From the NCBI GenBank assembly GCA_039096225.1, contig JBBPEB010000032.1:186001-250000 (forward strand): a stretch of DNA of 64,000 nt, read 5' to 3'. Each line of letters begins with the position of its first letter. Within the stretch, counting starts at the first letter, position 1. Under the pieces are notes generated by a model. It was given only the letters and a program-made list of their open reading frames with translations, had not been told where the DNA came from and searched no databases. The translations under genes were made by a program, and so were the position numbers. Below are positions 33,597 through 45,945 of the stretch, one piece after another. The stretch is from Blastocystis sp. Blastoise. Lineage: Eukaryota > Protista > Bigyra: Opalinata.

Positions 33597-34819
33597 TAGA
33601 GCGGTTCAAAAGTTGCGACAAAAGTTGCGACAAGTTGCGACAAGTTGCGACAAAAGTTAAGACAAAAGTTAAGACAAGTTAAGACAGTTGTGACACTTTT
33701 TATATCTCATTTGTAAGTCATATATTTATTATATAATATATTTAAATAAATAATTATAAAGATATTTTCATGATGATTACATAAATAATAAGTTTAATAC
33801 CTAAAATAAGCGTTTTAAACACTAAAAATTGATATTTTTGAAATTCATAAGAAAAATTCATTAGATAAATATACTTATTTTAATCATTTTAACAATCTTT
33901 TAACGATTTTTAAAATATTATATAATTTTTATATTATCAAAATAATGTTATTAAATATTAAAATCGAAGAATTGAATGTCATAAAAGCTTCATTGAAGAT
34001 AAAATGAGCTCATTAAGTATAAAAATATTTTTAAAATGATTCATTTCTTCATAATGAGCTAATAATGAGCTATTGATAACATATATATTCAAATAATTTA
34101 ATTTCATCAAAATTCAATTTTTAGCATTCTTCATTAAACATCATATAATGAATCATTATGATATAAATATGTATCTATATGATAATTAATAGTCAATTAT
34201 AAATATATTATTCTTAATTAGATGACAAGATGAGCTGATAAAAATAAATTCAGTTCAAAATGGCTTAAAATCAATCTATTCATGAACCAATTTTCATTAT
34301 TAAATACTATGAATGATAAACATAATAATTTTAATTGAATATAATTAAATAATTAATAGAACATCAAACTCAAATTCATTTGAATTTTGATTAGAAAATG
34401 TAATTTCAAAAATGAGTCAAAAATGGATTTATCCCGTAAATAAATCAATTTTTTGACTGGAAAAAAATTGTTCAAAATATTTAGAATTCTTTCTTTAATT
34501 CATTTCATGATCTTTTCATTTTTATAAAATGAAATTTGGTATATATATTTGCCGATACTTAATTTATATAATGATATATTCTATTATATAAAATATTAAT
34601 TAAATATATGTTTAAATGAAAAGTTGTGACAAAGTTGTGACAAATTGCGACACTGAATTCATTCTTTAAACAAGTCTTTTTTAATTGCCAAATTAATAAA
34701 ATAATCACGGGACTCTCGCCATTATTCATGGTTAAAAAAGTTGCGACAAATTGCGACAAGTTGCGACAAGTTGTGAAATTTGTCGCAACTCGATTTGTCG
34801 CAACTTTTGAACCGCTCTA
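33597..34819 (-). mobile_element. Non-autonomous hAT element (1.2 kb, MITE-like), nested in inverted orientation
   Basis: Inverted TIRs at 33597 (TAGAGCGGTTCAAAAGTTGCGACAAA) and ending at 34819. About 34600-34819 is a near-copy reverse complement of about 32203-32420. No long ORF. Confidence 0.85.
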
Positions 34820-35237
34820 CTTTTGTCTTAACTTTTGTCGCAACTTTGTCGCAACTTTTGAACTGCTCTAATTCAACCGCTTATATATTTGTTTTTTTTT
34901 CAATTTATTTAAAAATAATCATTTGATTACATTTTTTTTTATATTATTATTTTAATTAAAGAATATGTTAGATGTGTTTGCAAATATAAATATATTTAAT
35001 GGTGACAACTTTTTCACAATTATTATAATCCTAAGTTTATACAAGCCACATATCGCTTCATTGTATAAATTATAACACTTTGTTTAAGTCAACAAAGTGA
35101 TGTTAAATATCGTCATTTTTGTTTCTTTTTATCATTTGAAATAGAAAAAAATGATTATTCTGATAAGAAGATACTTAATATATTTAACTCAAAGTAAGTG
35201 AATAAAAAAATATATTATTGAAAAAATAAGAAAAATA

Positions 35238-35309
35238 AGCAGCCAGGCGGGTTTGAACCACCGACCGCACGATCTGCAATCGTATGCTCTACCACTGAGC
35301 TATGGCTGC
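35238..35309 (-). tRNA. tRNA-Cys(GCA)
   Basis: GCAGCCATAGCTCAGTGGTAGAGCATACGATT-GCA-GATCGTGCGGTCGGTGGTTCAAACCCGCCTGGCTGCT; full cloverleaf, U73, T-run terminator downstream. Confidence 0.95.
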
Positions 35310-36023
35310 TCTTGGGATTGTGTTTTCTAATATATGTACATAATAAATTCATCTTATTCTTAACGATTTATAAATGATATTATAAGTTATAAATATTAAG
35401 AGAGTTTGTAAGAATATATCAAAAGAAGTGAAGTATACCATTAAGAATTGATAAGATATGAGAAAAGAACAAAGGATAGTTTTTTTTCTGGATTCATGAT
35501 TATTATTTTTTTTGATGATTAGCAAAAGAGATATATTAGTAAAAAAACATTGAAAAAAATATATTATTTATATATAGATATTTTTTAAATAATATTTAAT
35601 ATAAAAAAACAGGCTCAACTTAAGATGATAATCAAAATTACGTATTTTCATAAATAAGAGTTGCGAGAATTCAAAAAAAAATATTTTTGACTAGAACACA
35701 TTGAAAAAATAAAACGAATTAATGAATAGGACAAGAAAATTATTCTTAAAAGTGATTAATTAGGAACAAATGATATCATTCAGTATGTGATAATAAATGA
35801 ATTCATTTTTATAAATAAGTATGACAACAAATGGAAGACTCACTTGTTGTCAAACAGTTTCTTCATAGGAGAAGATTCCCTTCTTTAGAGGCGATGATTC
35901 TCGCGGAAAAATGATTATAAGTGCACAAAAATGAAAAATAATTTATTAGTTGGAGACAGTATCAACGAAGTTTTCCCTTTTTTATCACAAGTATTATTTA
36001 ATTATATCTATATATTAAAAACG

Positions 36024-37684
36024 ATGTTTGCTTTAAAAGGAATTTCTCAAACTGCTATAAGATCATCTACAGTTGTTAGTAACACATGGTCTTTTTATTC
36101 TCATTCTGTTCGTTTCTTTGCTGTCATGCCTGATTTCATGGAAATTTCTATGCCAGCTTTATCTCCTACTATGTCTAACGGAAGTATTGCTCAATGGTTA
36201 GTTAAGGAAGGTGATGCCGTCAAGCCTGGAGATGTTCTTGCTTCAATTCAAACTGATAAAAGTACTCTTGATTTTGTGACACAAGATGAAGGATATGTTG
36301 CTAAAATATTAAAACCTGCTGGTGATGATTTGATTGATATTGGTGTTCCCATTGCTGTTATGGTATGATACATTATAATATTATAATATTTTTTATTATT
36401 TCTCTGACAATTATGTAAAAATAGGTGGATAACAAGGAGGATATTTCAAAGTATGTGGCAGAGAGTGGTTCTTCCGCGGCTCCTGCGGCTCCTGCGGCTC
36501 CTGCGGCTGTTGAACCAGCTGTTGCTTCTACTGCTCCTAGTACTCCTGCTACTACAGTTGCATCCTCCGATAGCAGTAGACCTTTTATTAGTCCTTTTGC
36601 TAAAGTTGAAGCTGAGAAGAAAGGCATTGATATACATACTTTAAAGGGAACAGGCCCTAATGGCAGAATCATTGCTGCGGATGTAGCTGACACTGCTGTT
36701 CCTACTAAATCTACTGTTACTCCTGTTGCTGCTAAATCTGCTTCAACAATTCCTGTAGTTGCTCTTGATGATGAGAGAGGATTTGAAGATATAAAGTTAA
36801 GTCCCATGCGAAAGGTGATTGCTAAACGTTTGACGGAGTCTAAACAAAGTATACCTCATTATTATCTCTCTATTGATTGTCTCATGGACCCTCTACTTCA
36901 ACTTCGTTCTCGTTTGAATAAAGAACTTGAAAATCGTGGAAAACTTTCAATTAATGATTTTGTCTTAAAAGCAGCTGCTTTATCACTTCGTGATATGCCT
37001 GCTGTTAACGCAAGTTGGATGAATGATTATATTCGTCAATATAAATATGTCGATGTCTCTGTTGCTGTTGCTATTCCTGAGGGTCTTATTACTCCAGTCG
37101 TCCCTGATGCCGATAAACGAGGTCTTCTCTCTATTTCTAACGAAGTACGTACTCTATCAAAACAAGCTAAAGAAAACACATTAACTCCTGAACAATATAA
37201 TGGAGGTACCTTTACTGTCAGTAATCTTGGAATGTTTGGAATCAAAAACTTTACTGCTATTATCAATCCTCCTCAAGTATATTATTTAGTTACTATAGTT
37301 TATATATATATATTATATTATATTATAGTCATGTATTCTTGCTGTTGGTGGACTTGAAAAACGTGTTGTTCCTAATCCTCAAGGTATATATAATATATAT
37401 AATATATATAATATATAATATATATAATATATATAATATATATAATATATATAATATATATAATATATATAATATATATATAGATTCCAAGTTATATAAT
37501 ATATCTTCCTTCATGAACTTCACATTATCCTGTGATCACAGAATTGTTGATGGCGCTTTAGGAGCCAAATGGCTTCAAGTCTTTAAGAATTATATATACT
37601 CTAGTATCACTATTCTTATACTTTATGTATCTATTTGTACATATATATAGTTATATTGAAAAACCTGAAACGTTATTATTATAA
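36024..37684 (+). CDS. DLAT: Pyruvate dehydrogenase E2 (dihydrolipoamide acetyltransferase) with a mitochondrial/MRO presequence
   Basis: Presequence MFALKGISQTAIRSS...; lipoyl domain MPALSPTM...IQTDKST; E3-binding GTGPNGRI; catalytic PHYY, GGTFTVSNLGMFG, AIINPPQ, CDHRIVDGA. Confidence 0.95.
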
Positions 37685-38018
37685 GACAATTTTTACTACT
37701 TTATACTATTATTTGAAATTATATTTTATTTATCATTATAAATATGCGTTTATTATTTTACATATTCAAAATATATTGTTATATTATGAAAACAAAATAG
37801 AATAATTGTTAGATTTCATTTTACTATATCAGAATGTAAACAAAATTCACCTTTATAAATAAGAGAATAGTAAGGTATTACAAAGATATATGTGAATAAT
37901 AGTCAACAAATATATGATGAAATTTTATAGAATAGGTTAATAATAATAATAAGAAGAAGAAGAAAAATGAAAAAAAGTAATAATAAATTAGAAACGATAT
38001 ACATATATTACAAATATT

Positions 38019-38722
38019 TTAGGATTTTTTTTGTTGATGACAACATGACCTATTTTTTTCTTTCTTTTCAAATGAGTCATAATCAGAATATACTTCCATT
38101 TCAACAACAGAAAAGTCATTATTTTTAGAGGAAGATCCTGAGTTCGAGAAGAAGCTGTTGCCTGTTTCAGGATAGGGTGAAGGGAAAATCAGATTATGTT
38201 TAAATAATTGAACACTACCTATATCAAATCGTCCATCAAGATTATCATCATAAATACCAAAGGCCTCAGAGAACAAGATTGGAATATGAGGGTCATTACA
38301 GAGGATTCCGTACGAAATATAGTCAGGACTAATGGGGATCTGCACGTGATTATACCCAAATGGATTGGTTAGTGTGAATAGGAACAATTGAGGGTCTTTG
38401 CGCCATCCTAAAGTGGCTATAGTAATATATGAAGAAAATAAGAGATTTATATTATAAAGATAAAGTATATATATTGTTATAAAAAAATATTTTAAATGAT
38501 ATAACATGAAGGATATAGTATATATATAATATATAATATATATAATATACGATTTTCTTTATTATTCATAGAGTTCTCAATATTTCCCCAGCCTACGGAT
38601 GTATAGGCGCCAAAAGAGTAGAGAGCGTCATTGGTTTTACCTCCTTTCACTTTTAAGATCAATAAACAGTCTCTTTCTCGACATTTGATTCTCCAACAAT
38701 CTACACTCTTATGATGTTCACT

Positions 38723-38764
<42 letters not shown>

Positions 38765-39825
38765 ATTATTATTATTATTCTATATATTAAATAGACTAAT
38801 GATTATGATAAGAAGGAGAATATAATAATATCTACATACCGATAGCAAAGTCTCCATTTCTTTTCAGAAGGAAATAATGTTGAAATCCATAATTGATCTT
38901 GAGAAGTAAGAATAAGAGATAAATCATGGAAAATAATTTCATTGTTTCTGTTATGAATATGTTGATTAAAGAATGAATCTGTTAAGGAGAGCATTAGTGA
39001 ATGAACAAGACAAGAAGAAGTATTCTCAAGGGATCCATTGAGTTCATCAAGTTTCTCCATTATTGTGGATAAATCTAATTCAATATCAAATATATTACTT
39101 TGAATAGTATTTGGATTTGAATCAAATAAACTGAGTGATGTTTTATCATCAGATATTTTTTTCTCTTGTAATAATTTATTAGAAAGACTATTTGAAGTAT
39201 TTAAAGAAGATATACATAGTTGAATTTCATTTAATTTAACTTCTATAAGATTCTGAAGTGCCTTAATATTATTATAATCATGATATCGAATGTCTTCAAT
39301 AGTATCACTAACTTTTGTTACTTTACTTTCAAGTTTATTTATTGAATCAATTATTTTATTCATAGTATCTATGAGCAGAGTGGAGTCTTTGTTGATACTA
39401 CTATCATATGAATTTGAAATATTACTTATTGAGGATGGAATCGAATTTGTTGATAATTTTTCATTTTCAACTAACTTACTCATTTTAGATAGATGTACAA
39501 AATGCCTCTTGATAGCATTAGGAACTTGAATTCTACAGAAAGAAAAGATATCATAAACTGAATTTTGATCTTCTAATTCCAAGTCATTTATATATAAATC
39601 ATGGCCATTTAGTTCTGAGAAAACAAGATCAATGAATTCGTTTGATGTTTCTAAAATAATACATATATTGTCAGAAGAATAACTAGAACATTCCTTATAA
39701 ATTTCAAATAAATAACTATTTGAATATCTGCATAATATGGAATATCGCGTAGAGAATATATTACCCTCTTTTTGATTTGAAAAAAATATGAGTGAGTCGT
39801 TAATTTCTGTAGAATCTATACTCAT
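38019..39825 (-). CDS. BTB-like + coiled-coil + TLDc domain protein
   Basis: ILCRYSNSYLF...FIDLVFSELNG (BTB-like); KWRLCYRMSEH...FGAYTSVGW...DPQLFLFTLTNP...FSVVEMEVY (TLDc). Two coding introns. Confidence 0.8.
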
Positions 39826-40488
39826 ATTCTAGAGATATATTACAAAAAAAAAAATAGCTTAGCTTACAGTTTATTGATCAAACATAGTTAAATAGAATCA
39901 ATATTCCTTTGATATAAAAAAGATATAAAAAAAATCACTGTATCTTAAAAATGCAGTTAATGCATAAAATAATTGAAATACTAAAAACTAATATATTCAT
40001 ATCCACTTTAGTTGATTGTGTCAATTTCTAGAAGCCAAAAAATTTGTTCTAAGTTTTTTTTTCATATTTTTAAAATTTAAATGTATTAATTATTTTTATA
40101 CGAATAATAGATTGTTTATTTTTTAAATTTAAAAATAGAGAATGATTGAAAATGCGATTCAAGTAAGATTTAAAATATTCGTTGTTCATTCATTAAAAAA
40201 TACGAATAATATTATGAGCATAGAAGAAATGGATCATGTATATGTTTATAGAAGAGATTGACTTATAAATGAGCAAGGATATTATGAAAAAAAAATTATA
40301 TTTGGAAATGAGGTTAGTATACAAAACAAGAATAAATAAGAAATGGAAAATAGATAAACAGATGAAAAGACAAAAGAAAAAAAGCAATGGAATAGACAAC
40401 AGACAACAAACAACAAACAAAAAGACAGACATGACAAGAATACAGTGGACTAGATTTAGAATAAGGAGAAGAGAATTCTTTCAGTTAT

Positions 40489-41463
40489 TTATTGAGAGAG
40501 ACTTTCCATCATTCCGAGAACATTCATTATCTATAGTATATTTATTATAAGTATATGAAGATATAATATAATGAATAATGAATATAATAATGAATAAGCG
40601 TAATAAGAACTTACTTCTTCTTGTGTGTTCATTTCTTGTTGAAGCACCGTATATAGTTTGCTGATGAAGTCGTCGATGATCTCCAGTCGACCTCCCACGG
40701 GAGTGTATTGGTCCAATAGGATACCAATGCAATCCGCAATGGGCAGAGAGAAGATCGGATACGTCACATACTTCAAGAAGAACGAAAGAAGATTCTCTAA
40801 GTCACTCCCTTCTCTTCCTTCAAAAGCGATAGCTAATCCATTTCGTTGTCTCAATTCTTCGAGAACACTCAACACTATTGTTGGCACCTTGGTTTTCATA
40901 GCCGCATCTAATGCCTTATGATAAGCAAACGTCTTAAGGCAGCGATCCCATTCCTTCATTTTCGGTTTCAGTTCGCGCTCGCGCTTCGTTCCCACCACTT
41001 GGGCATCTGCATCTGGAAGACTACGTTCCCCGCGGTTATAGAACTTGGCAGTATTCGCACGATATTCAATAACACGAGCCACAGGGGTAGCAGTTATTGT
41101 TCGTTGTTTAATATAAGTACATCCATTCACAGCACCCGTCACAAGACCTGTACCATCAGGGGAGACAGCTAGAGAGAGAAGAGGAGCAGGATACTTCAAC
41201 TCCGTTTGAAGATCATAAGACACTGTGTCATATACTTTGACCATGGAGTCCAGTCCAGCCGAGAGGAGATTATTCTTATAAATCGCCAGAGACGTGACGG
41301 CCTGTGTGTGCTTCGTTATAACATGGATAGGTTGTGCCATATTCATAATATCCCAAATATAAACTGAAGGACCTGAAGCGGTATATATATATTTATTACC
41401 TTGAGCGCTGTACACGAAATCGACGCACTCCGCGTGCGCACCAGTGCCAATACAAGTGTTTTC

Positions 41464-41496
<33 letters not shown>

Positions 41497-42365
41497 TTAA
41501 TAATAATATATAGAAAGAAGAAAAATAAATCCTCAGAGACGAGATTCGAATCATATATATATATATATCTTTAGCCGAGAGTTGGTCCTCATTGGAATAA
41601 TAAACATAATAATAAAAAGTATATATATATATATATACTGTTATCCCGAATATCCCATACTTTCACCATGTGGTCCATCCCTCCCGAGACGTATAAGTCC
41701 GGACTGTCTGCATAGGGGCACAGGGTACGCACATAATCCTAAAGAATACATATATAATACTAATAAATAGAGTAATAATAAGAATACTGTAATCATAATA
41801 GAATAACAATAAACAAAATAATAAGCAAAAATAGAATAATAAACAATGAATAATACTAAATATATACTGTATGTCCCTTAATAACGGATATGGGTTTCCC
41901 CGTGGTTATATCCCACAAGCGAATGGTTTTATCATCACCACCAGAAATGAGTTGTGTATTTATATTTGTAAATTGAACAGTATGTACAGGTCCTGTATGT
42001 CCTTTCATTTGACGTAACATCAGTTTCTTACTAACATCAAATACTTTAACAATTCCTTTCTCTGTACCTGCAGCTAATAACATACCATCATTACGAAGTA
42101 CACCTGAATAAGCAGTTTCTGTGAAACGAGAATATAAACGAAGCTTCTTTTTAGTTTGACCAGAATAATAAGCAATTTTGGTTCCTGATGTAATACAAAA
42201 ATCATGGGGTTCTGAACTCTGAAAACTAATGTAAGTAACACTAGATCCTAATTTCTCTTCTGGAAGAAGTTTGAATGACTTCCAATAACGCTCTTCAGGA
42301 GTTGTTTGAGCTTTTATAGTAGGTAAACGTTTAATTTGTAATTTTTTGAAAGTAGTTCCAGACAT
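40489..42365 (-). CDS. UTP15: U3 snoRNA-associated protein 15 (WD40 + UTP15 C-terminal domain)
   Basis: TTPEERYWKSF, RFTETAYSGVLRNDGMLLAAG, GHTDYVR, WD repeats, FAYHKALDAA...VLSVLEELRQRNGLAIAFEGR. Confidence 0.93.
41530..41596 (-). ncRNA. Candidate intronic box C/D snoRNA in UTP15 intron 2
   Basis: Minus strand: TCC-A-ATGAGGA(C)-CCAACTCTCGG-CTAA(D')-(AT)n-ATGATT(C')-CGAATCTCGTCT-CTGA(D)-GGA. GC-rich island with a terminal stem in an otherwise almost pure A/T intron. Confidence 0.7.
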
Positions 42366-42724
42366 TTTTCAATAAACAATCAAAAGAATAATTAAAGAAA
42401 AATAATATCTAATATATATTCCAAAGAATTAGATATTCTTTCCTTAATTGAAAAAGTAAGAAAAGTTCCATAAAAAAAAGACGACTAGTGGTAGAATGGA
42501 ATCGTTGATTTTCATGGAAATGGGACATTTCAGATTATCTTTGAACATTTTGAAATATTTCTGTTTCTGACTTTTTTAAACGTTGAACATTTTTTTTGTT
42601 TTAATATTCTATTCTTTACTTTTTATATCATAAAATAATATATCTGTGGCATAATCACAAGTGCTAGACTGATACATTATTGAGATATCGTAAATCTAAT
42701 TGATTTCCATTTTTCTCTTCAGAG

Positions 42725-44286
42725 ATGTCTTTACAATCTGAACTTAATCAGTTATTTACTCGAGATGTATATTGATTAAACAAATTTTATATTAAATCAT
42801 ATATTATATAAAGGATGATGATGATGGATTTGATGAAAATGAATCCGTAAATATATATTAAAATATTGTTAAAACTATTGATTATAGTCCTTAAATGATA
42901 TTATTCAAGGTGGACATACTCCTTATATAACTGAAAGAACTAAACACTCATTTGATTTTTCGATTCCACCTGTATTTTTTTTTAAATTCTATTCTATTGA
43001 TTATTATTTTATTGATTATTATTTTATTGATTATTATTTTATTGATTATTATTTTATATTATTATTTTATTTATTATTATTTTATATTATTATTTTATTG
43101 ATTATTATTTTATTTATTATTATTATAGCAACTTATATATATATATAGCTTCTGAGTCGATACATAATTAATATTTTACTATTTTTTTCTTTGTATTTAT
43201 TCTCATTCTCTGTATAGTATGCTATTCGAACAAGTACTCCCGTAGTTCTCGATACTATTAATGAAGAAAGAGAAGACAGTCTTTCTTCAGCTTATCATGC
43301 ATCGAATATCTCTCCTTCTCGTGATAGTTCCTCTAGTGTTTCGACTAAAGAACCACGGGGATCTCTTTCTTCTCATGCTTCTTCCATTCCTGTCACTCCT
43401 CAATCTACAGTCTCTGCTTCTCCTACAACCAATTATTTATATAACCCCAATATTCTCTTCCCGCGTACGTCTCCCGCCAAAGGCAGAGCTACTGTCTCCA
43501 TTGATTCCTCTCTTCCTTCCCGCCAACTATCTCCTGCACACTCCACTACCGGCCGCTCCTCCGTCAATGTCCTCCTATCCTCCCCAACAACGTCTTATCC
43601 CCAAGTATATGGCCGTCGCTCTCAGCCCTATCAGAACACAGATCGAATCCCTATAACCCCTCTCATCCCGCCAGTCCAATACCGCGCTAAGACCGTACTT
43701 GTAAAACGAGGAAGTGTTCAAGTCGTGAAGAAAGCACAAGAAGAATATGATGAACAGTATATATATATGTATATATATATATATAATTTTATAGAATACG
43801 TGCTCATGCTGATGATTTTTATAATCAAGTATATATATATATATATATATATTTTATTTGTTGATGTTTCTATTCTAAATTGAATATTCTATTCTTTTTC
43901 TCTATAGATTCCTCTTCCCCGCGGGGATGAGTCAAAAGAAGAATTATTGGATATTATTTTCCAATTAAATAAAAAGAACGTCGAATTAGCCTCACAACTA
44001 GAAGAATATTCTGTATATATATATATATATTTATTTATTTATTTTAGTTTATATATATACATTTTTGTCCTTGAATTCTATATACGTTTACTCAATTTAT
44101 ATATATATATAACCTATATAGAATACACTTCAAAAAGTAGATAAATATGTTTTTCAGAAAGAAGAGGAATGTAAGAGATGGAAAAATAGGTATATATATA
44201 TATAAATCATCTCCTATATTACACACTTTTATATATATATATATATCTATTTATCTAGATATACGTCTCTACTTGCTCATAATTAA
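42725..44286 (+). CDS. Hypothetical Ser/Pro/Arg-rich protein with a C-terminal coiled coil (about 7 introns)
   Basis: Open frame across GT-AG introns: MSLQSELNQLFTRD|DDDDGFDENES|...|IPLPRGDESKEELLDIIFQLNKKNVELASQLEEYS|...EEECKRWKNRYTSLLAHN*. Confidence 0.65.
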
Positions 44287-44610
44287 GTATTTCCTGTGGT
44301 TATTCTATATATCTAATGAATAGCTTACGCTACAATATTCTTCATCTGTATTGTTAATTACTCACTATTCAGTTACTATATATATATATGCTAGATACAA
44401 CACAATATAGTATTATCTTTCTTTTTCTTACATATATATATATATATCTTGTCATTTTTCTCCTGCCTTCATTTTCCATCTTTTATTTGTCATTCTTTTC
44501 CAGTTCTTTTGTTATTCACATCGTAATATCACTTTTTCATTTTTTGCATATATATCGCCACATTTATTTATGTATTTCTGTTTTTCACATTCTCTTTTTC
44601 TATAGTGTTC

Positions 44611-44658
<48 letters not shown>

Positions 44659-44994
44659 GTTTTTTATTAAATGTGAATTACATTCTTTCTTTATTTTCTA
44701 GTTTTTTTTTTGTACTTTAATATTGCTATATATATTTTTATTCATATGTTTTAAATGTTTTTTATTATTATTTTTGCATATAAAACAACATTATTTTCAA
44801 TTGTCTCCTTTGTCAAATAATAGATAATATAGTTATCACACTTTATGTATTGTATAGTATACTTATAGTATTTTATTATAAACAATTCTCAATTACTACT
44901 TATATCTTTAAAATATAATAAAGAATAATTTTTTAAAATCAACAAATAGAAAAATAAAATTATAAACGTATATTTATAACAAAAAAAAACAGAA

Positions 44995-45762
44995 TCACTT
45001 TTTTTCTTTTCTCTTTAAGGAATGATAGTAAACATATTGACCATAAATAGCAAAGAATGTTAAAGGAAGATGCATTAAAGTGACATAAAGTCCTTTTTCA
45101 GTAATAAAATTACCAAGTGCAAGTGTTCCAATAATTGTACAAACATCTGAAGTAATACAATAAAACTCTTTATTTAAATAAGGATAGTATAATATTAATA
45201 TTCCCATTAAAGCAGGAGTTATATAACAATATGCACCAGTTGTATCCGTAGTTAAAAAACGACTCCATGACACAACAGGATTGGGATTAAAAATATTACC
45301 TTCAAAATCAACAGGAAATAAAATACAAAAAAATGCAATAGGTAAAATCCATATTTGTTTCCAATCAATCTGCTTATTAGTGAAACGACATTTATTATGT
45401 ATTAATTCTTTATACCAGCCAATAGCTACACAACCCATTATACAAGTATTTGAAATAACCCACATAAAACCATTCTCTTCAGAGTAACTCATGGATTGTA
45501 ATATAGAATAACTTAACATTAAAAAAAATCCACTAAATACAAAGAGACGTGATCCAATTCGAGGATAAATGAACAGAAGGATGATTGATATCAAGAAAAG
45601 ACATTTCACAGAACTAAAATATTGAATAAAATTATTAATAAGTGGATTCGCAAGTGTTCTGTTGATCACTTTCAGAATACTGAAAATGGAATAATATCGA
45701 CTAGCAAAAGGAGGAATCGCATAAAACAATAATAAAAAAACAATCAAAGTTCTATTCTTCAT
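44995..45762 (-). CDS. Intronless multi-pass membrane protein of unknown function (prokaryote-like)
   Basis: 255-aa ORF with about 8 hydrophobic segments; motifs IPPFAS, AYCYITP, YYPYLN, MHLPL. No introns. Confidence 0.7.
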   Translation of the reverse strand: MKNRTLIVFLLLFYAIPPFASRYYSIFSILKVINRTLANPLINNFIQYFSSVKCLFLISIILLFIYPRIGSRLFVFSGFFLMLSYSILQSMSYSEENGFMWVISNTCIMGCVAIGWYKELIHNKCRFTNKQIDWKQIWILPIAFFCILFPVDFEGNIFNPNPVVSWSRFLTTDTTGAYCYITPALMGILILYYPYLNKEFYCITSDVCTIIGTLALGNFITEKGLYVTLMHLPLTFFAIYGQYVYYHSLKRKEKK

Positions 45763-45873
45763 TTTTGAATATCTTAACTTGCAAATAATGAAATCAATTA
45801 AAAACAATAACTTAAAAAATAATCTCAAAGATATCTATATATTGAAATCCCATTAAAATGGAAAACAAAAATT

Positions 45874-45945
45874 GGGCCTACCCGGGAATCGAACCCGGGA
45901 CCTCTCGCACCCTAAGCGAGAATCATACCACTAGACCAGCAGGCC
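45874..45945 (-). tRNA. tRNA-Pro(AGG)
   Basis: GGCCTGCTGGTCTAGTGGTATGATTCTCGCTT-AGG-GTGCGAGAGGTCCCGGGTTCGATTCCCGGGTAGGCCC. Confidence 0.97.

Larger units (their letters stand above)
32203..34870 (+). mobile_element. hAT transposon (CGGBP1-like transposase N-terminus), interrupted and deleted by a nested element
   Basis: TIR TAGAGCGCTTCAAAAGTTGCGAC at 32203; inverted TIR ...GTCGCAACTTTTGAACTGCTCTA ending at 34870; clustered subterminal TTGCGACAA repeats. Confidence 0.8.

Noticed and set aside
33606-33700. Short repeat array (agttgcgaca)n resembling a CRISPR or telomere
   Set aside because: No unique spacers; these are subterminal repeats of the hAT element.
41241-41246. CCATGG sites (also near 54501 and 63286) as members of the palindrome family
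   Set aside because: They lack the CpG and mostly lack the conserved flanks, so they were not counted.
43261-43656. 131-aa ORF starting MKKEKTVF
   Set aside because: Wrong frame; the exon is read in another frame as part of the spliced gene 42725-44286.
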